A stretch of 64,000 bases of DNA from NCBI GenBank assembly GCA_002269645.1, contig NIVC01000815.1, positions 376,083 to 440,082 on the forward strand, given 5' to 3'. The stretch is from Macrostomum lignano (Eukaryota). Shown here in pieces: positions 34,450 through 46,629 of this stretch (positions are counted from its first letter, which is position 1; the number at the start of each line of letters is the position of its first letter). Position numbers and translations under genes: made by a program. The notes below the pieces were generated by a model, which worked only from the letters and a program-made list of their open reading frames with translations, was not told the DNA's origin and did not search any database.

Positions 34450-35598
34450 ATGCCTGGAAGTACGCCAGCATCGCCAACTAAAGGAGTTGGTAAAACGGTT
34501 TCGAGCGACAAAGCACCACCGCTTGCGATCTCGTCGAAATCAGTCCAAGCGACAAAGTCGGCAACAGCGACAGCGCAGAACCCAAGCGCACAAGTATCGA
34601 GAGGACAGCAAGTTGACATCGAAAAACTCGATGAAAGTTCGAACTTCCAGAGGTGGTTGGACCGATTCACACTGTGCAGCGAACTCAACGGCTGGCAGGA
34701 CGACACGAAAAACAAGCTGCTGCTGATGAAGCTCAGCACCAAGCTGTACGACGCATTGGCAGATCGAGCCGCTCCCAAGAAGCCGGGAGAAAAGAGCTTC
34801 GATGAACTGACCAAACTACTGGCCAGCATCCTGGAACCAAAGACGTTCGTCATGGCTGAGAGATTCAATTTCCAGCATATCACTCGCACGGCATCAATGA
34901 GCATTCGTGAGTATGCACAGCAACTCTGCATGCAGGCAGACAAGTGTCAGTTTGGCCTATCCAGAGATGAGAGACTGAGAGATCAGCTCGTATTCGGTTT
35001 GAATGACAAGGTTGCCATCAGCAAGTTATTGGAACAGGACTTCAGCACTCTCACGTTTGAGACAGCTATCAACATCGCTGAGGCGCACCAGAACCTATCA
35101 CAAACGCAAATACTAAAGGGTTGCACCAGTCAGCCGCAGTCTTCTGAAGTAATGAAAATTTCAGCATCGGTGACCAGAGGCTCCCATTCTACAAGCTCCA
35201 AGTGTGGCAGATGTGGCACAATGCATGGCTCCAATGGAGGGTGTCCTGCGAAAGGAAAAACGTGCAACAAATGTGGCATGCAAAACCACTTCGCAACAGT
35301 TTGCAAAACGAAATCAACTGGTTTTGGCAAAGGCCGAAAATCGTTCAAAAGCCCGTCAGCATCTGGTCAATTTAGGCGAGCTGCAGTGTGCCCAAGGACC
35401 ACAAGCTTTGTAGATGCAAGCGAAGCTGAACAGGAGGATTGTTTTCACATTCGACATCCCGTTGATAGCTACACCGTGCCTGTTAGGCTCAGACACACGA
35501 GCGGGTCGATGCTTAGCGTGAACGCACAAATCGATACTGGGGCAGGAGTTTCGGTAATGTCAAAAACGATCTGGAAACGATTGGGTTGTCCAAACTGA
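34450..35598 (+). CDS. Gag (double Cys/His knuckle) and N-terminal half of aspartic protease
   Basis: CGRCGTMH..CPAKGKTCNKCGMQNHFATVC; QIDTGAGVS protease motif. Confidence 0.9.
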   Translation: MPGSTPASPTKGVGKTVSSDKAPPLAISSKSVQATKSATATAQNPSAQVSRGQQVDIEKLDESSNFQRWLDRFTLCSELNGWQDDTKNKLLLMKLSTKLYDALADRAAPKKPGEKSFDELTKLLASILEPKTFVMAERFNFQHITRTASMSIREYAQQLCMQADKCQFGLSRDERLRDQLVFGLNDKVAISKLLEQDFSTLTFETAINIAEAHQNLSQTQILKGCTSQPQSSEVMKISASVTRGSHSTSSKCGRCGTMHGSNGGCPAKGKTCNKCGMQNHFATVCKTKSTGFGKGRKSFKSPSASGQFRRAAVCPRTTSFVDASEAEQEDCFHIRHPVDSYTVPVRLRHTSGSMLSVNAQIDTGAGVSVMSKTIWKRLGCPN

Positions 35599-36452
35599 CA
35601 CCTACAGACACTGTTCTGACAACATACGCTGATACGCAGATGAAGGTCTTTGGAACACACGACACTGAGTTGGAGTACAATGACGAGTTCATTCCAATCA
35701 CATTCTTCATTGTGGAATCGCAGAGGAACTTTGTTCTGGTTGGCCGAGACAAGCTCAATTTCACGCTAAACGCTGTAGACAACAGCTGCACATCGGCAAC
35801 CCAGTCATGCGAATTTCCACCAGTAACTCTTAAGATCAAGGAAGGAACCACTCCAATTCATTGCAAACCCAGGCCGCTACCCTTCGCACTCAGACAGGGA
35901 GTCAAGGATGAAATCGATCGGTTGCTTGAAGAAGACACCATCAAGCCCGTCAAGTTCAGTGAATGGGCCTCACCAATTGTCGTGGTCAAGAAACCTTCTG
36001 GAAAGCTCAGACTTTGCGTCGACTACAAGGTGACAATCAATTCTCATCTTATCAACGATTCAAATCCGATGCCTGCACCTGACGAAGTGATTGCAACTGC
36101 TGCTGGCAGCCGGATATACACTCGTCTGGACCTAGAGAAAGCTTATCACCAGATCCCACTAGATGAAGCTTCCAAAGAGCTGACAGTAATGTCAACACCA
36201 TTTGGGATGTTCGCTTTCAACAAGCTTCCGTTCGGAGTGAAATCAGCACCTGCGATCTTCCAGCGGTACATTAGCCAAGTCCTACAAGGAATTCCTGGCG
36301 TCATTGCCTACGTAGACGACATATTGATATGCGGCAAAGGCGTAGAACAATTGGCAGTTCGTGAGACGGAAGTATTGCATCGACTAAACCAGCAAGGATT
36401 GAGATCAACACGGCGAAAAGTGAATTCCGCAAGACTTCGATCAAGTTTCTAG
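35586..36452 (+). CDS. Pol segment: protease C-terminus and reverse transcriptase
   Basis: SEWASPIVVVKK, RLCVDYK, KLDL-like RLDLEKAYHQ, LPFGVKSAPAIFQ, AYVDDILI. Confidence 0.9.
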   Translation: MSKLTPTDTVLTTYADTQMKVFGTHDTELEYNDEFIPITFFIVESQRNFVLVGRDKLNFTLNAVDNSCTSATQSCEFPPVTLKIKEGTTPIHCKPRPLPFALRQGVKDEIDRLLEEDTIKPVKFSEWASPIVVVKKPSGKLRLCVDYKVTINSHLINDSNPMPAPDEVIATAAGSRIYTRLDLEKAYHQIPLDEASKELTVMSTPFGMFAFNKLPFGVKSAPAIFQRYISQVLQGIPGVIAYVDDILICGKGVEQLAVRETEVLHRLNQQGLRSTRRKVNSARLRSSF

Positions 36453-36460
36453 GCTACTTA

Positions 36461-38407
36461 TTGGAAGGAGATCAGCTCAAGCCGGACCCAGCCAAAGTGA
36501 AGGCAATCCAGGACATGACACCACCGCAGAACGTTGGCGAGCTTGAATCTTTCCTGGGTCTCGTAAATTTTAGCGGCAAGTTCATCAGAAACCTAGCTGC
36601 ACTGACCAAGCCTCTCAATCGACTAAGAAAGAAAAATGAGGACTTCGTGTGGACAAAGGAGTGTCAAATAGCATTTGACGAAATCAAGGTCACTCTCTCT
36701 GATCAATCGAGTCTTCAAATATTTGATCCGGAGAAGCCCATTGAACTGGAATGCGACAGTTCTCAGCGAGCTCTGGGCGGAGTGTTGACACAAAGCGGTC
36801 AATTCGTGCTGTACATGAGCAAGACTCTGTCTGACGCCGAAACAAAATATTCGCAAATAGAGCGTGAAGGCCTGGCACTGGTTTGGTGCATTCAAAGATG
36901 CCATCGGTTCTTGTATGGCCGGAGGTTCACACTGATAACTGATCACCGGCCCCTCACATACATATTCGCGCCAGACAAACAGCTGCCCACCAGAGTTTCA
37001 GCTCGACTACAACGATGGGCAATCATGCTAGCTGCTTATGACTATGTCATACAGTATCGACCATCAAAGCTAATGCTGTCGGATGCGCTATCTCGACTGG
37101 TGCCCGCTAAGCTGAATGCACAGACAGCATCGATCGGACTCCTCGAAGCTGACAACCCGGGAGTAATTCAGCTGGATCGCATTGCACACGCAACCAGAGA
37201 GGACCCGGAGTTCAGATGCCTGGGCGCAGCCATAATTAACAATAATCTATTTGACGACCCACACCTACTCAGCTACTCGAAGGTTCAAGATGAGCTAACT
37301 GTCAATGATGGAATTATTTACAGAATGAACAGAATTTTATTGCCTCGTGTCCTGAGAGAAACTGCCCTGGCAGCTGTACACTCAACGCACCTTGGGGTTG
37401 AAAAGTCAAAGTCAATTTTGAGGGAACAGTTCTGGTGGCCACAGATGGACCGTGACATCGCTGACTACATTGGACGATGCAACGTGTGCAACGCGTACAA
37501 GTCCAGAAATAAGAACTTTCGGCACTCGTGGCCAGAACCTGACAACCCCTGGGAGCGAGTGCACATTGATTTTGCCGGTCCGATAGAGGGCAAGTACCTA
37601 CTCATCATTGTGGATGCGCACTCGAGCTACCCGGAAGTCTTCATCACGAGCGACATGAAGGCCGACACAGTCATTTCCAGACTTAGAAGATTGTTCTCAC
37701 AACAGGGGGTGCCCAAGTGTCTCGTGTCAGACAACGGCCCTAGTTTTGTGAGCGAAGCGGTGACCGGCTGGCTCACCCAGATTGGCTGTTCGCACATCAC
37801 AACGCCCGCCTACCATCCACAGAGCAACGGCATTGCAGAGCGAATGGTGCGAACCGTCAAAGAGACAATCAAGACCAATGGTTTATCCCAAAGAAGTATT
37901 GACAGATTTCTACTGTTCTACAGAGCTGCCAAAGGGAAGCAGCAAGCATCACCGTCCGAGTTGTTGAACGGCAGACAAATAAGACTCCCCATCTCGGAGA
38001 GCAGCACTCAGTCCAAGTGGATCCCAGAAGAATCACTCATCTACCGTGCATCGAGTTCTCATGAGCCACGAACTGTGAGATTCGCCAAAATGCTTGGCAG
38101 CAACACAGCAGTCGTCACCACAGAGACTGGACGAAATCTAAAGACCCACCTCGATCAACTACGAATCGGTGAGGTACCTGAGGCTCACGGAACTACGGAA
38201 ATGGGGGATTCCAAGCCCGGTGGCAACGGTCCAAGTGACGACGGCCAACAGACGCGTCCGTCATCGACAGACACTGAGATACTACCGGGAACAGAACAAG
38301 CTGAGAGAGCACAACAGCAACAGACTGAGGTTGGAGTTCAATCCAAGCCGTCACCCAGGCGAAGCGAACGCTTGGCCAAGAAAACTAGAATTTTTTATCG
38401 CACCTGA
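36461..38407 (+). CDS. Pol segment: RT thumb, RNase H, integrase
   Basis: LECDSSQRALGGVL, YSQIEREGLA, HHCC zinc finger (HSTHLG..CNVC), HIDFAGP, VSDNGPSF, NGIAERMVR. Confidence 0.9.
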   Translation: MEGDQLKPDPAKVKAIQDMTPPQNVGELESFLGLVNFSGKFIRNLAALTKPLNRLRKKNEDFVWTKECQIAFDEIKVTLSDQSSLQIFDPEKPIELECDSSQRALGGVLTQSGQFVLYMSKTLSDAETKYSQIEREGLALVWCIQRCHRFLYGRRFTLITDHRPLTYIFAPDKQLPTRVSARLQRWAIMLAAYDYVIQYRPSKLMLSDALSRLVPAKLNAQTASIGLLEADNPGVIQLDRIAHATREDPEFRCLGAAIINNNLFDDPHLLSYSKVQDELTVNDGIIYRMNRILLPRVLRETALAAVHSTHLGVEKSKSILREQFWWPQMDRDIADYIGRCNVCNAYKSRNKNFRHSWPEPDNPWERVHIDFAGPIEGKYLLIIVDAHSSYPEVFITSDMKADTVISRLRRLFSQQGVPKCLVSDNGPSFVSEAVTGWLTQIGCSHITTPAYHPQSNGIAERMVRTVKETIKTNGLSQRSIDRFLLFYRAAKGKQQASPSELLNGRQIRLPISESSTQSKWIPEESLIYRASSSHEPRTVRFAKMLGSNTAVVTTETGRNLKTHLDQLRIGEVPEAHGTTEMGDSKPGGNGPSDDGQQTRPSSTDTEILPGTEQAERAQQQQTEVGVQSKPSPRRSERLAKKTRIFYRT

Positions 38408-39543
38408 GTGATAATTGTACACCTACCTATAGAAGAGGGAGGGTGTTGTGGGTTGATGGCTTTTCCATAGACATTTTTGTTACGCGACTGCGTTGATGAA
38501 TTGAACCATGCTATTGAGTTATGAAATAAATAATAGACGCGTCAGAGGTCAGCAGACCGCTAGACTGACAATTGCTAAAGGCTAAAAGCCAAAAGCACAA
38601 CAGTTTTCTCGGACACTTTTCTTCACCAAACGGTAAAAGGTTTCGACGGATGAAGTTCCCAACGGCTGAAAGCATGTATGCCTTGTATGTAGTCAGTCCG
38701 GACTTAAGAAGCTTTGACAGTCGAATTGCAACTGACTGGCTTAAGTGCTGGGAAAAGGCGTGTGTTAAAATTGTCTCTCGCGCCGAGACTTCACACCCTG
38801 TTTCTTGTTCAAAGCCGAATCAGGCACAGCGATGCACAGCTGATGAGATAAGGCCAGTTGTTCCGCAAACTCAACACCTCACGTCGCACCTTGTCTTACC
38901 AGATACGCGGTAGGTCAAGTTTCAAAGTGAAAGCTGGTTGCTTGAAACATTTTCTAAGCCTTTATCGGTTTGATATAAACATAATCTGTTGAATAGCATA
39001 CTCATAATTACGAGCTCGTAAGCTCATTTAGTCACTGAGAACTTAATCCAGTTCACTACAACTACAATTTGAAAACGTTTTAGAAATTATGGGCAACCCT
39101 GACGAAACGCCTTCACGGCGAAATCAATCCCACAGCCAGCACCGAGGCAATTCTGGACATTTCTCTGACTCCTGAGCAAATGCAAGCGCGCCAATACTGT
39201 ACACAGGCACTCGTGCATGTACACACGCTCAAACAGGATGTAAAGTGGCCCAAGGCAGACTATCAACAGTGGTACACTGACCAATCATCAAGCCATCCAA
39301 TGGCAAAGAGAACATTCTTTTCAACTCTCCAATTGCAATCTCGTATTGGCCTCAGCCAATAGCATTTGGAGGACGGATTTCACATTCGTCTTTCTACTTT
39401 AGGCGTCAAACTCTACATGTGCCATATGCAATAAGCCGCCACTAATTATGCATCAAGTGCACAAAGCTTCAATAAGCCTGCTTCGTACAAGTTGCGGCAC
39501 TATAAATAGAAATTGCTGCTACTGGAAAAATCAGAGGACAGCA

Positions 39544-42500
39544 ATGCTTCTGCTCACTGTTGCACTTCTGCTGACTCTGTACCAGTCAGTCACAGCGGAT
39601 TTGCCAGCTCTAGCAGCAGGGCGTCCGCGGGCGTCCAAGTTGGCCGCCACTCTGACCGTCTGCGAAGGCGCCTCCAGTGACGATTTTCGCGTCCAGCTGT
39701 CAGACCTGCCGCTGCCAGTCAGCGAAAGCGGCTTCGCACTGAGCCGAGGTGCTGCGACCGCGCAACCGTTTGTGATTGAGGCGGGCAGGTGGCTCACGTT
39801 GAACGGGCCGCTTGACCGAGAGGCACTGTGCGGCGCACTAGGGGGGCAGTCATCGCAATGCCAAGTTGAGTGCTGTCGGTTGCTCAGACTGGAACCAGTG
39901 GGTTTCCATCAACCTCAATTCAGCTTAGTGAAGGTGAGTGCCAGAATCTTTCCTATTTTCAACAAAAGCGGCGAAATTAGATGCATCAGTGCGCTTATAT
40001 TTGCGTTAGTGGTTGGTGACAATGACTTGAAAGTACTGTTTACAACCTTGCAAATTACGAGCACGAGTCAGACGGCAAAGATCCCGCCCGGATTAAGGTG
40101 TTCCAGAGCCCAAGCAAGTACAGCAGCTAAAAGTGTTGTTACTCATCGTCTCATACAATCCAGATTGTAATTTTGGACGTCAACGACAACCCGCCAGTGT
40201 TTCAAGACGGCAGCCGTCGCCGCTACGCGCTGACAGAGGACACGCCGTCGGGATTCAGCCTGTCGCTGCCGGTCGCTTTGGACGCTGACGAGCCGGGGTT
40301 GAACGGGGCGATAAGCGAGTACCGGCTGGCTGCTAAGCGGCCAGACGAGGCGCAGTTCGATCGGCATTTTCGTCTGCTGCCGCTCGAGTCTGGCGAAGTT
40401 CAACAGCCGACAGTGAAGCTGCTAGCGCCACTGGATCGAGAGGCCAATCCTGACGGTTTTGGCTTCGTCTTGGCGGCAGTGGACGGCGGAGAACCTGCGC
40501 TGACCGGCTGCCTGACGGTAACGCTGGAGGTCGTAGACGTCAATGATCGACGACCGCGGTTTGTCTGGCCAGTGCAATCTGGCTTGACCGCAATTTTAGT
40601 TAACGAGACAAGCCGCCCGGTCTTGCTGATTCGATTCGCAGTTGTGGATGAAGACCTTGGAGAGAATGGGCGAATTAGCTGTCAGATCAGGTGCGTCTGT
40701 TTTGATGGACCTTGCAAAGTCAAAGTGCCATTATAGGGTAGGTTTTAGTCTCGGTTGTAGCGTCGGACTCACTACTGAAAGGTCGTCTGGTACAGTTTGT
40801 GTCCTTAAGTGAGACACTTTACTCTGCATTGCTTCAGTTCACCCAGCTGTAAATGGGTGACAGCATTAGCTGGGGTAATTGAGGGTGTGTGTGGCGACTC
40901 CCCAGTCCTTGGGCTGAACAGCCGTACGCAGCCTTCGGATGCGCCTCGCAACAGCTGCGAATGAGCTGTCGGTTTCCCATTCTAAATCATTTATTATATA
41001 AAAGACCTTGAACTCCTTTACTGTGGCATACTTGGGCATCTAACCTTTTAGGCGGCATAAACAGCAGTCAGGTTAATAGTTACGCCTTGCACCCCCCCTT
41101 GAATTCGTGTTGAACAGACCGCTGCCGGCGGCGCTGCTGGCCCGGCATCTGCTGCCCGAGCGTCACCTGGAGCTGCACCGAACTGACGGTGCAGGTTTCG
41201 GCTCCGATCTTTTATCGAAAGGCGCCTCCAACTGGAAGATCTTGGCGCCGCGAGGACTGGACTACGAGCTGACGCCGCGACTAGAGCTCCTGCTGGTGGC
41301 CAGCGACTTCGGCAGTCCGCCGCTCGACGCCACCGCCACGCTGACTGTGTCAGTTGCCAACCTAGACGACAACCCGCTGACAGTCACCATCTGGCGCGGC
41401 GGTTCCAGGCGACAGCGCGTCGACGTCCCGGAGAATCGGCCGCCCGGCCTCCAGGTGGCGACAGTGGAGGCACGGGACCTGGACTTTGCGTCGCCAGGCG
41501 AAGCCGAAGCACGCGTCCGGTGCCGCCTGGATGCGGGCGACGTAGACAACGGCTACTTCAGGTGGGACTGTAGCTATCGCGCTAAACAGCGCTAACCCAA
41601 GGTTTTCATAACACAGTAGTTTTTCTCCGATTTGGCGCGTTCAACAGTCTCCAGTAGCATTTTTTCCTGAATGAATTCCATGCACTTGTGAAGTCACCTT
41701 GGACCAAATGCTTGCTAGATTCACAATCACGTGATAGTTGAAGGTACGGAATCGTCCAATGAGTGTTGGAAAAAAGTGGAAAAGTGGATAATTTCTATCT
41801 TGGTTGAACACGAGTAGTAGAGGATAACACAACTCTGCCACAGGGAAAGCCGCGGAAATTCCGTGGGCCCAGATCAGAAGGGCGCCTATGTGTTTGCATA
41901 GCTCAACTCTGCCGCAGGCAAAGCCATGGGAATTCCGTAGACTCCTAATGAGAGTACATAGGCGCCTCATGGAGGAATCCGCAAGTATGCACAAAGCCGA
42001 GCTAGGGGAATCTCTAGAAATTGTGTTGAGCGATTGGCAAATATCAGCGATATTTTATTGTATTCAGTATTATACTAATACTTTATTATATAATTTTATA
42101 GGCAATAACAAACTTCTGTAAACAAAAATAGTGGTAGCCAAGCCTCTCTCCCGCTGTCTGGAAGCTGGCGGCGGCGGCGGCTTTGTTGCTGAAAGGAGAG
42201 AGTGGATCAGTTTTATTGCCACCCTCGACTGGGTGGGGTAAAGTTGGCGGCGTATGAAGATTGTCCATAGAACGTGACTGTTGCGTCTTGATACAAACGC
42301 AACTTCTAGTGGTCCTTGTTCTCGTATGCACTCTGCTCGTGCATAGCGTCGCTCTGGAGGGCATTACCCGAATAGTAGCACTATTTCTTCGAACATCAGT
42401 TTCTTCAAGTCGTGATTTCACGAATGTCCGAAAACACCTTCATCGCGCAGACTCCAGCCAGCAGCTGCAACCCACGCACCAGGCATCGGCCCCGGCAGCG

Positions 42501-45233
42501 GCGGCGCCAGGGAGTTTCTTCTCATCACCTCGGCGACGCTCGACAGGGAGTTGATCGCCGAGCACCTGCTGCGAGTCGCCTGTTGGACTGACAGCGACGC
42601 AACGACAACGAAGTTGACAGCAACAGCAACGCTAACCGTGGCTGTCACCGACGAGAACGACTGCGCGCCGGAGTTCGCGGCGCCGGCCTACACCGGCCGC
42701 GTGGCGGAGAACTCGCCGCTGGGCCGCGCTGTCGAGCTTCATCCGCTGCCCAGACTGACAGCCGTGGACAGAGACGCCGCACCCAACAACCGTGTCGCCT
42801 ATCGACTCGGCGGTAAAGACGCTTCGGCGTTCAGCGTCGAGGAGCGCAGTGGAGAGCTGCGAGTGTCTTCAGTCTTGGACTTTGAGGAGCGCAGCAGGCC
42901 GTTCAGCTTCCGCGCTCTGGCCGTCGATCCAGCCAGCAACGCGACCGCCATCGCCGAAGCGAGCATAGTCATTAAAGTGGTCGATGCTAACGACAACGCG
43001 CCGATCATTTTGCCGGGCAGGCGGCGATTCCGTCTGGATCCGACGGCGCCAGCTGGCAGCCTCGTCGGCCAACTCGAAGCCGCCGATGCAGACGGCGATC
43101 CTCGGAACCGGCGCCTGCGCTTCAGCATTGTCCGACAGACGGGCAGCGGAGACGCGACGATGACATCGATGATAGCGCGGCGCTATTTTGAGGTTCACCC
43201 GAGCACCGGGGAGATCCGGCTGGCTGCGCCGTTCAGAGACGCCGCCTCATCTGCGGAGGCTCGCCAGTTCCGTTTCCGGGTGCGTGTCGACAATGAGCTG
43301 CCGCTGGAGCACGGCACCGGATATTCACCGGCTTCAGTTGCCGAGATTTGCATCGATGTCGGTCGGCCGTCATCGTCTCCTCCTCCGATGTTTTCAACGC
43401 CGCCGGTACCGGAGCTTCCTCCACGACTGTGCCGGCTGCCGCACGCTGTCCCCGAGCGCGGATGCGTGGAGCCGCCCGACCCTCTGCCTGTCGATCTCGT
43501 CAACGATGCGGTGGTCGACGCGGATGGCCGGTTGGTCTGCGCAGTGCTGAGCTACGGAGTCGCGTCGCTGGCTGGCGGCAGCTTTGAGGCGACATTCGGT
43601 GAGCCACAGCCGCTTCAGCCAGACAGCTCTCACGGCGAGCTTCACTTCGAGCTGCCACCAGACAAAGGAAGTCAACGCATCTGTCTTCGGCGACTTCCTC
43701 CAAAGAGTTCCTCCGCTGCACAGGGCGAGCTGGAGGTCAAGACTTTCCTGCTGCCGATGCGGCTGATAAATCGCGCGGTTTCTGTGGATTCCGCGGGGCG
43801 GACCTACCGGCTGCTCGTCACGGCCGCCTTGCGGCAGCGCCGGCGGCAGCCAGCGGGGTGGGGAGCGGCGTCCGCCAGCCGAAGCGGCAGCCGCAAGCTG
43901 GTCTTCGCCGTCGCCGTTGCAACCCTGTGCGTGGGTGTCGGCGTTGTTCTGATCACAGCGATCGCCCTGACCGGCTTCGCCGTGGCTTGCGCGCGGCGGC
44001 TACGGGTGCAGCAGCAGCGCGAGGACGGAGCGGGTGAGTGCGCGAGAGCTTCTTGCTTGATGTGGCGCTTCATGAGATTCCATGGGATTATCCATTAGAA
44101 TCGATGATATTCAATAAGATTATCCATTAGAATCGATGAGATTCAATAAGATTATCCATTAGAATCGATGATATTCAATAAGATTATCCATTAGAATCGA
44201 AGAGATTCCGTGAGATTATCAATTAGAATCGATGAGATTCAATAAGATTATCAATTAGAATCGTTGAGATTCCACGAGTTTATCCATTAGAATCAATGAG
44301 ATTCCATGAGATTTTCAGTTAGAATTGATGAGATTCCATGAGATTATCAATTAGAATCGTTGAGATTCCACGAGTTTATCCATAAGAATCAATGAGATTC
44401 CATGAGGTTATCAGTTAGAATCGATGAGATTCCATAAGATTATCAATTAGAATCGTTGAGATTCCACGAGTTTATCCATTAGAATCGATGAGATTCCATG
44501 AGATTATCAATTAGAATCGTTGAGATTCCACGAGTTTATCCATAAGAATCAATGAGATTCCATGAGATTATCAGTTAGAATCGATGAGATTCCATGAGAT
44601 TATCAATTAGAATCGTTGAGATTCCACAAGTTTATCCATTAGAATCGATGAGATTCCATGAGATTATCAATTAGAATCGTTGAGATTCCACAAGTTTATC
44701 CATTAGAATCGATGAGATTCCATGAGATTATCAGTTAGAATCGTTGAGATTCCACAAGTTTATCCATTAGAATCGATGAGATTCCATGAGATTATCAGTT
44801 AGAATCGATGAGATTCCATGATATTATCCATTAGAATCGATGAGATTGCATAAGAATCAATGACATTCCATGAGATTATCAATTAGAATCGATGAGATTC
44901 CATGAGATTATCAATTAGAATCGTTGAGATTCCACGAGTTTATCCATAAGAATCAATGAGATTCCATGAGATTATCAGTTAGAATCGATGAGATTCCATG
45001 AGAATCATCTGATATTTTCAATGAGAATCGGAGATTACGTTAGATCATTGACTTTCATTCACCCTGTGGCGTGTTTATGCAAGAGAACTGCAATGATTTC
45101 AGAGCAACAAGCATATTATACTATTGGAGAACAGCCGATGGGTCACGCTGCCAGCACAGATGAATTCTCCAGCTCAGTGAACGGAACCGTGAGTGCAAAA
45201 GCTGTTCCCCACAACAGTTTGCGAGTAAGATAA
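39544..45233 (+). CDS. Protocadherin-like membrane protein (about 6 cadherin repeats, TM, short tail; ~1024 aa)
   Basis: join(39544-39933, 40164-40690, 41118-41561, 42451-44033, 45103-45233), phases consistent. Signal peptide, EC1 LDREALCG, DVNDNPP/DENDCAP/DANDNAP linkers, DRE/DYE/DFE motifs, TM KLVFAVAVATLCVGVGVVLITAIAL. The last exon is less certain. Confidence 0.88.
40737..41000 (+). mobile_element. CORE-SINE-like element in protocadherin intron 2
   Basis: Degenerate tRNA-like head followed by GTGTCCTTAAGTGAGACACTTTACTCTGCATTGCTTCAGTTCACCCAGCTGTAAATGGG (40799-40858), resembling the MIR-type CORE domain as I recall it. Confidence 0.55.
44075..45003. repeat. 32-bp minisatellite, protocadherin intron 4
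   Basis: Unit GAGATTCCATGAGATTATCAATTAGAATCGAT. Confidence 0.96.
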
Positions 45234-45689
45234 GAAACCGCAGAGGACTAACAAGCTGTCTTAATGAGCTCAGCCGGCTTTCTTGGCTAGAAAGCAAGAC
45301 TAAAAAGATTCGGCCCACTTTTGAGTAGAGGGAAAATTCGCCTGACCAACGTCTTGCTTTTTTTTAAATCAAAGCAAATCAGACAAGCCAAAGCCGGTTC
45401 GCGAAAATGCGTAATAAAATTTGTACGACAGGTGAGCAGCAGATGCTCATTAATGCTTCGATGCTCAGTTATCAAAGCCAGAATCTGATACTCTAACGAA
45501 CGAAATGGAATGTGCGGCAGTCTAACTGTTGTTTTAGCTAACAGAAAAGTAGATGGTGTACTTTATTGGCAAATACGAGTACAAGGCTAAAATATATGGT
45601 AAAACTATGTAAACTAGTGGTATAAATTAATGATTGACAGTTGCAAGACATGCTTGAAGCCAATTTCGTTATTAACAAGGAATGACAGG

Positions 45690-46215
45690 TGAGAGGCCAC
45701 TGGAAAGGACAGGTGAAACAGGGAATGAAGAGGCGACTGGGGTACAGGTGGAACAGGGAATGAAGAGGCGACTGGAGCACAGATGGAACAGGGAATGAAG
45801 AGGCGACTGGGGCACAGGTGGAACAGGGAATGAAGAGGCCACTGAGTGACAGGTGGAACAGGGAATGAAGAGGTCACCGAAGGACAGGTGGAACAGGGAA
45901 TGAAGAGGTCGCTGAAGGACAGGTGGAACAGGGAATGAAGAGGTTACCGAAGGACAGATGGAACAGGGAATGAAGAGGTCACCGAAGAACAGATGGAACA
46001 GGGAATGAAGAGGCCACTGAGTGGCAGTTGGAACAGGGAATGAGGAAGCGACCGGGGCGCAGGTGGAACAGGGAATGAAGAAGCGACCGGGGCGCAGGTG
46101 GAACAGGGAATGAAGAAGCGAACGGGGCGCAGGTGGAACAATGAATGAGGAAGCGACCGGGGTGCAGGTGGAACAGGGAATGAGGAAGCGACCGGGGCGC
46201 AGGTGGAACAGAGGA
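45690..46215. repeat. 35-bp purine-rich minisatellite between convergent protocadherin and RFC3 3' ends
   Basis: Unit CAGGTGGAACAGGGAATGAAGAGGCGACTGGGG(T/C)A. Confidence 0.95.
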
Positions 46216-46629
46216 CGAAAAGCTTTTAATTTCTGTTCCCATTGCAGACCAACCGAGCAGGACTGCAGTTGTCATTCAGGACACCAAACTGCCTACTAAC
46301 AGAAGACTGCATTGACCAGATGCACAGCAGCACTGTATAGCAGAAAGTGTCGCTCTAAACAGAATGAATGACAGGATGAAGATAATTATTGCGAATTTAT
46401 TACTATATATTAACTGATTATAAATATAAACTATCAGAACCCGCGCAAAGCTGGCTGTTATTACAGGTATATTGATTATTTATTAATCGCCGTTATTTTG
46501 TATTACAGAGCAGTTCAAAGCAAATCAATTACGAGTAGAAATAGTCAATAGAAGAATAAACTGCTTGCGGAGTAAAAATGCCAGGTGTCGTATTTGTAAA
46601 CGCATCGTGAATAGCGGAGCCAACCGCTC

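Larger units (their letters stand above)
34263..38602 (+). mobile_element. Full-length Ty3/Gypsy LTR retrotransposon, Mag-like clade
   Basis: 159-bp TG..CA LTRs at 34263-34421 and 38444-38602 with one visible mismatch; 5-bp TSD GTTTT; PBS TGGCGTCGGC at ~34423; PPT AGAAGAGGGAGGG at 38431-38443; domain order gag-PR-RT-RH-INT. Confidence 0.97.

Noticed and set aside
40895-40975. HDV-like ribozyme (GCAGC/GCTGC hairpin followed by GCGAATGAGC)
   Set aside because: A P4-like stem and J4/2-like motif are visible, but I could not build P1/P2/P3 pairing.
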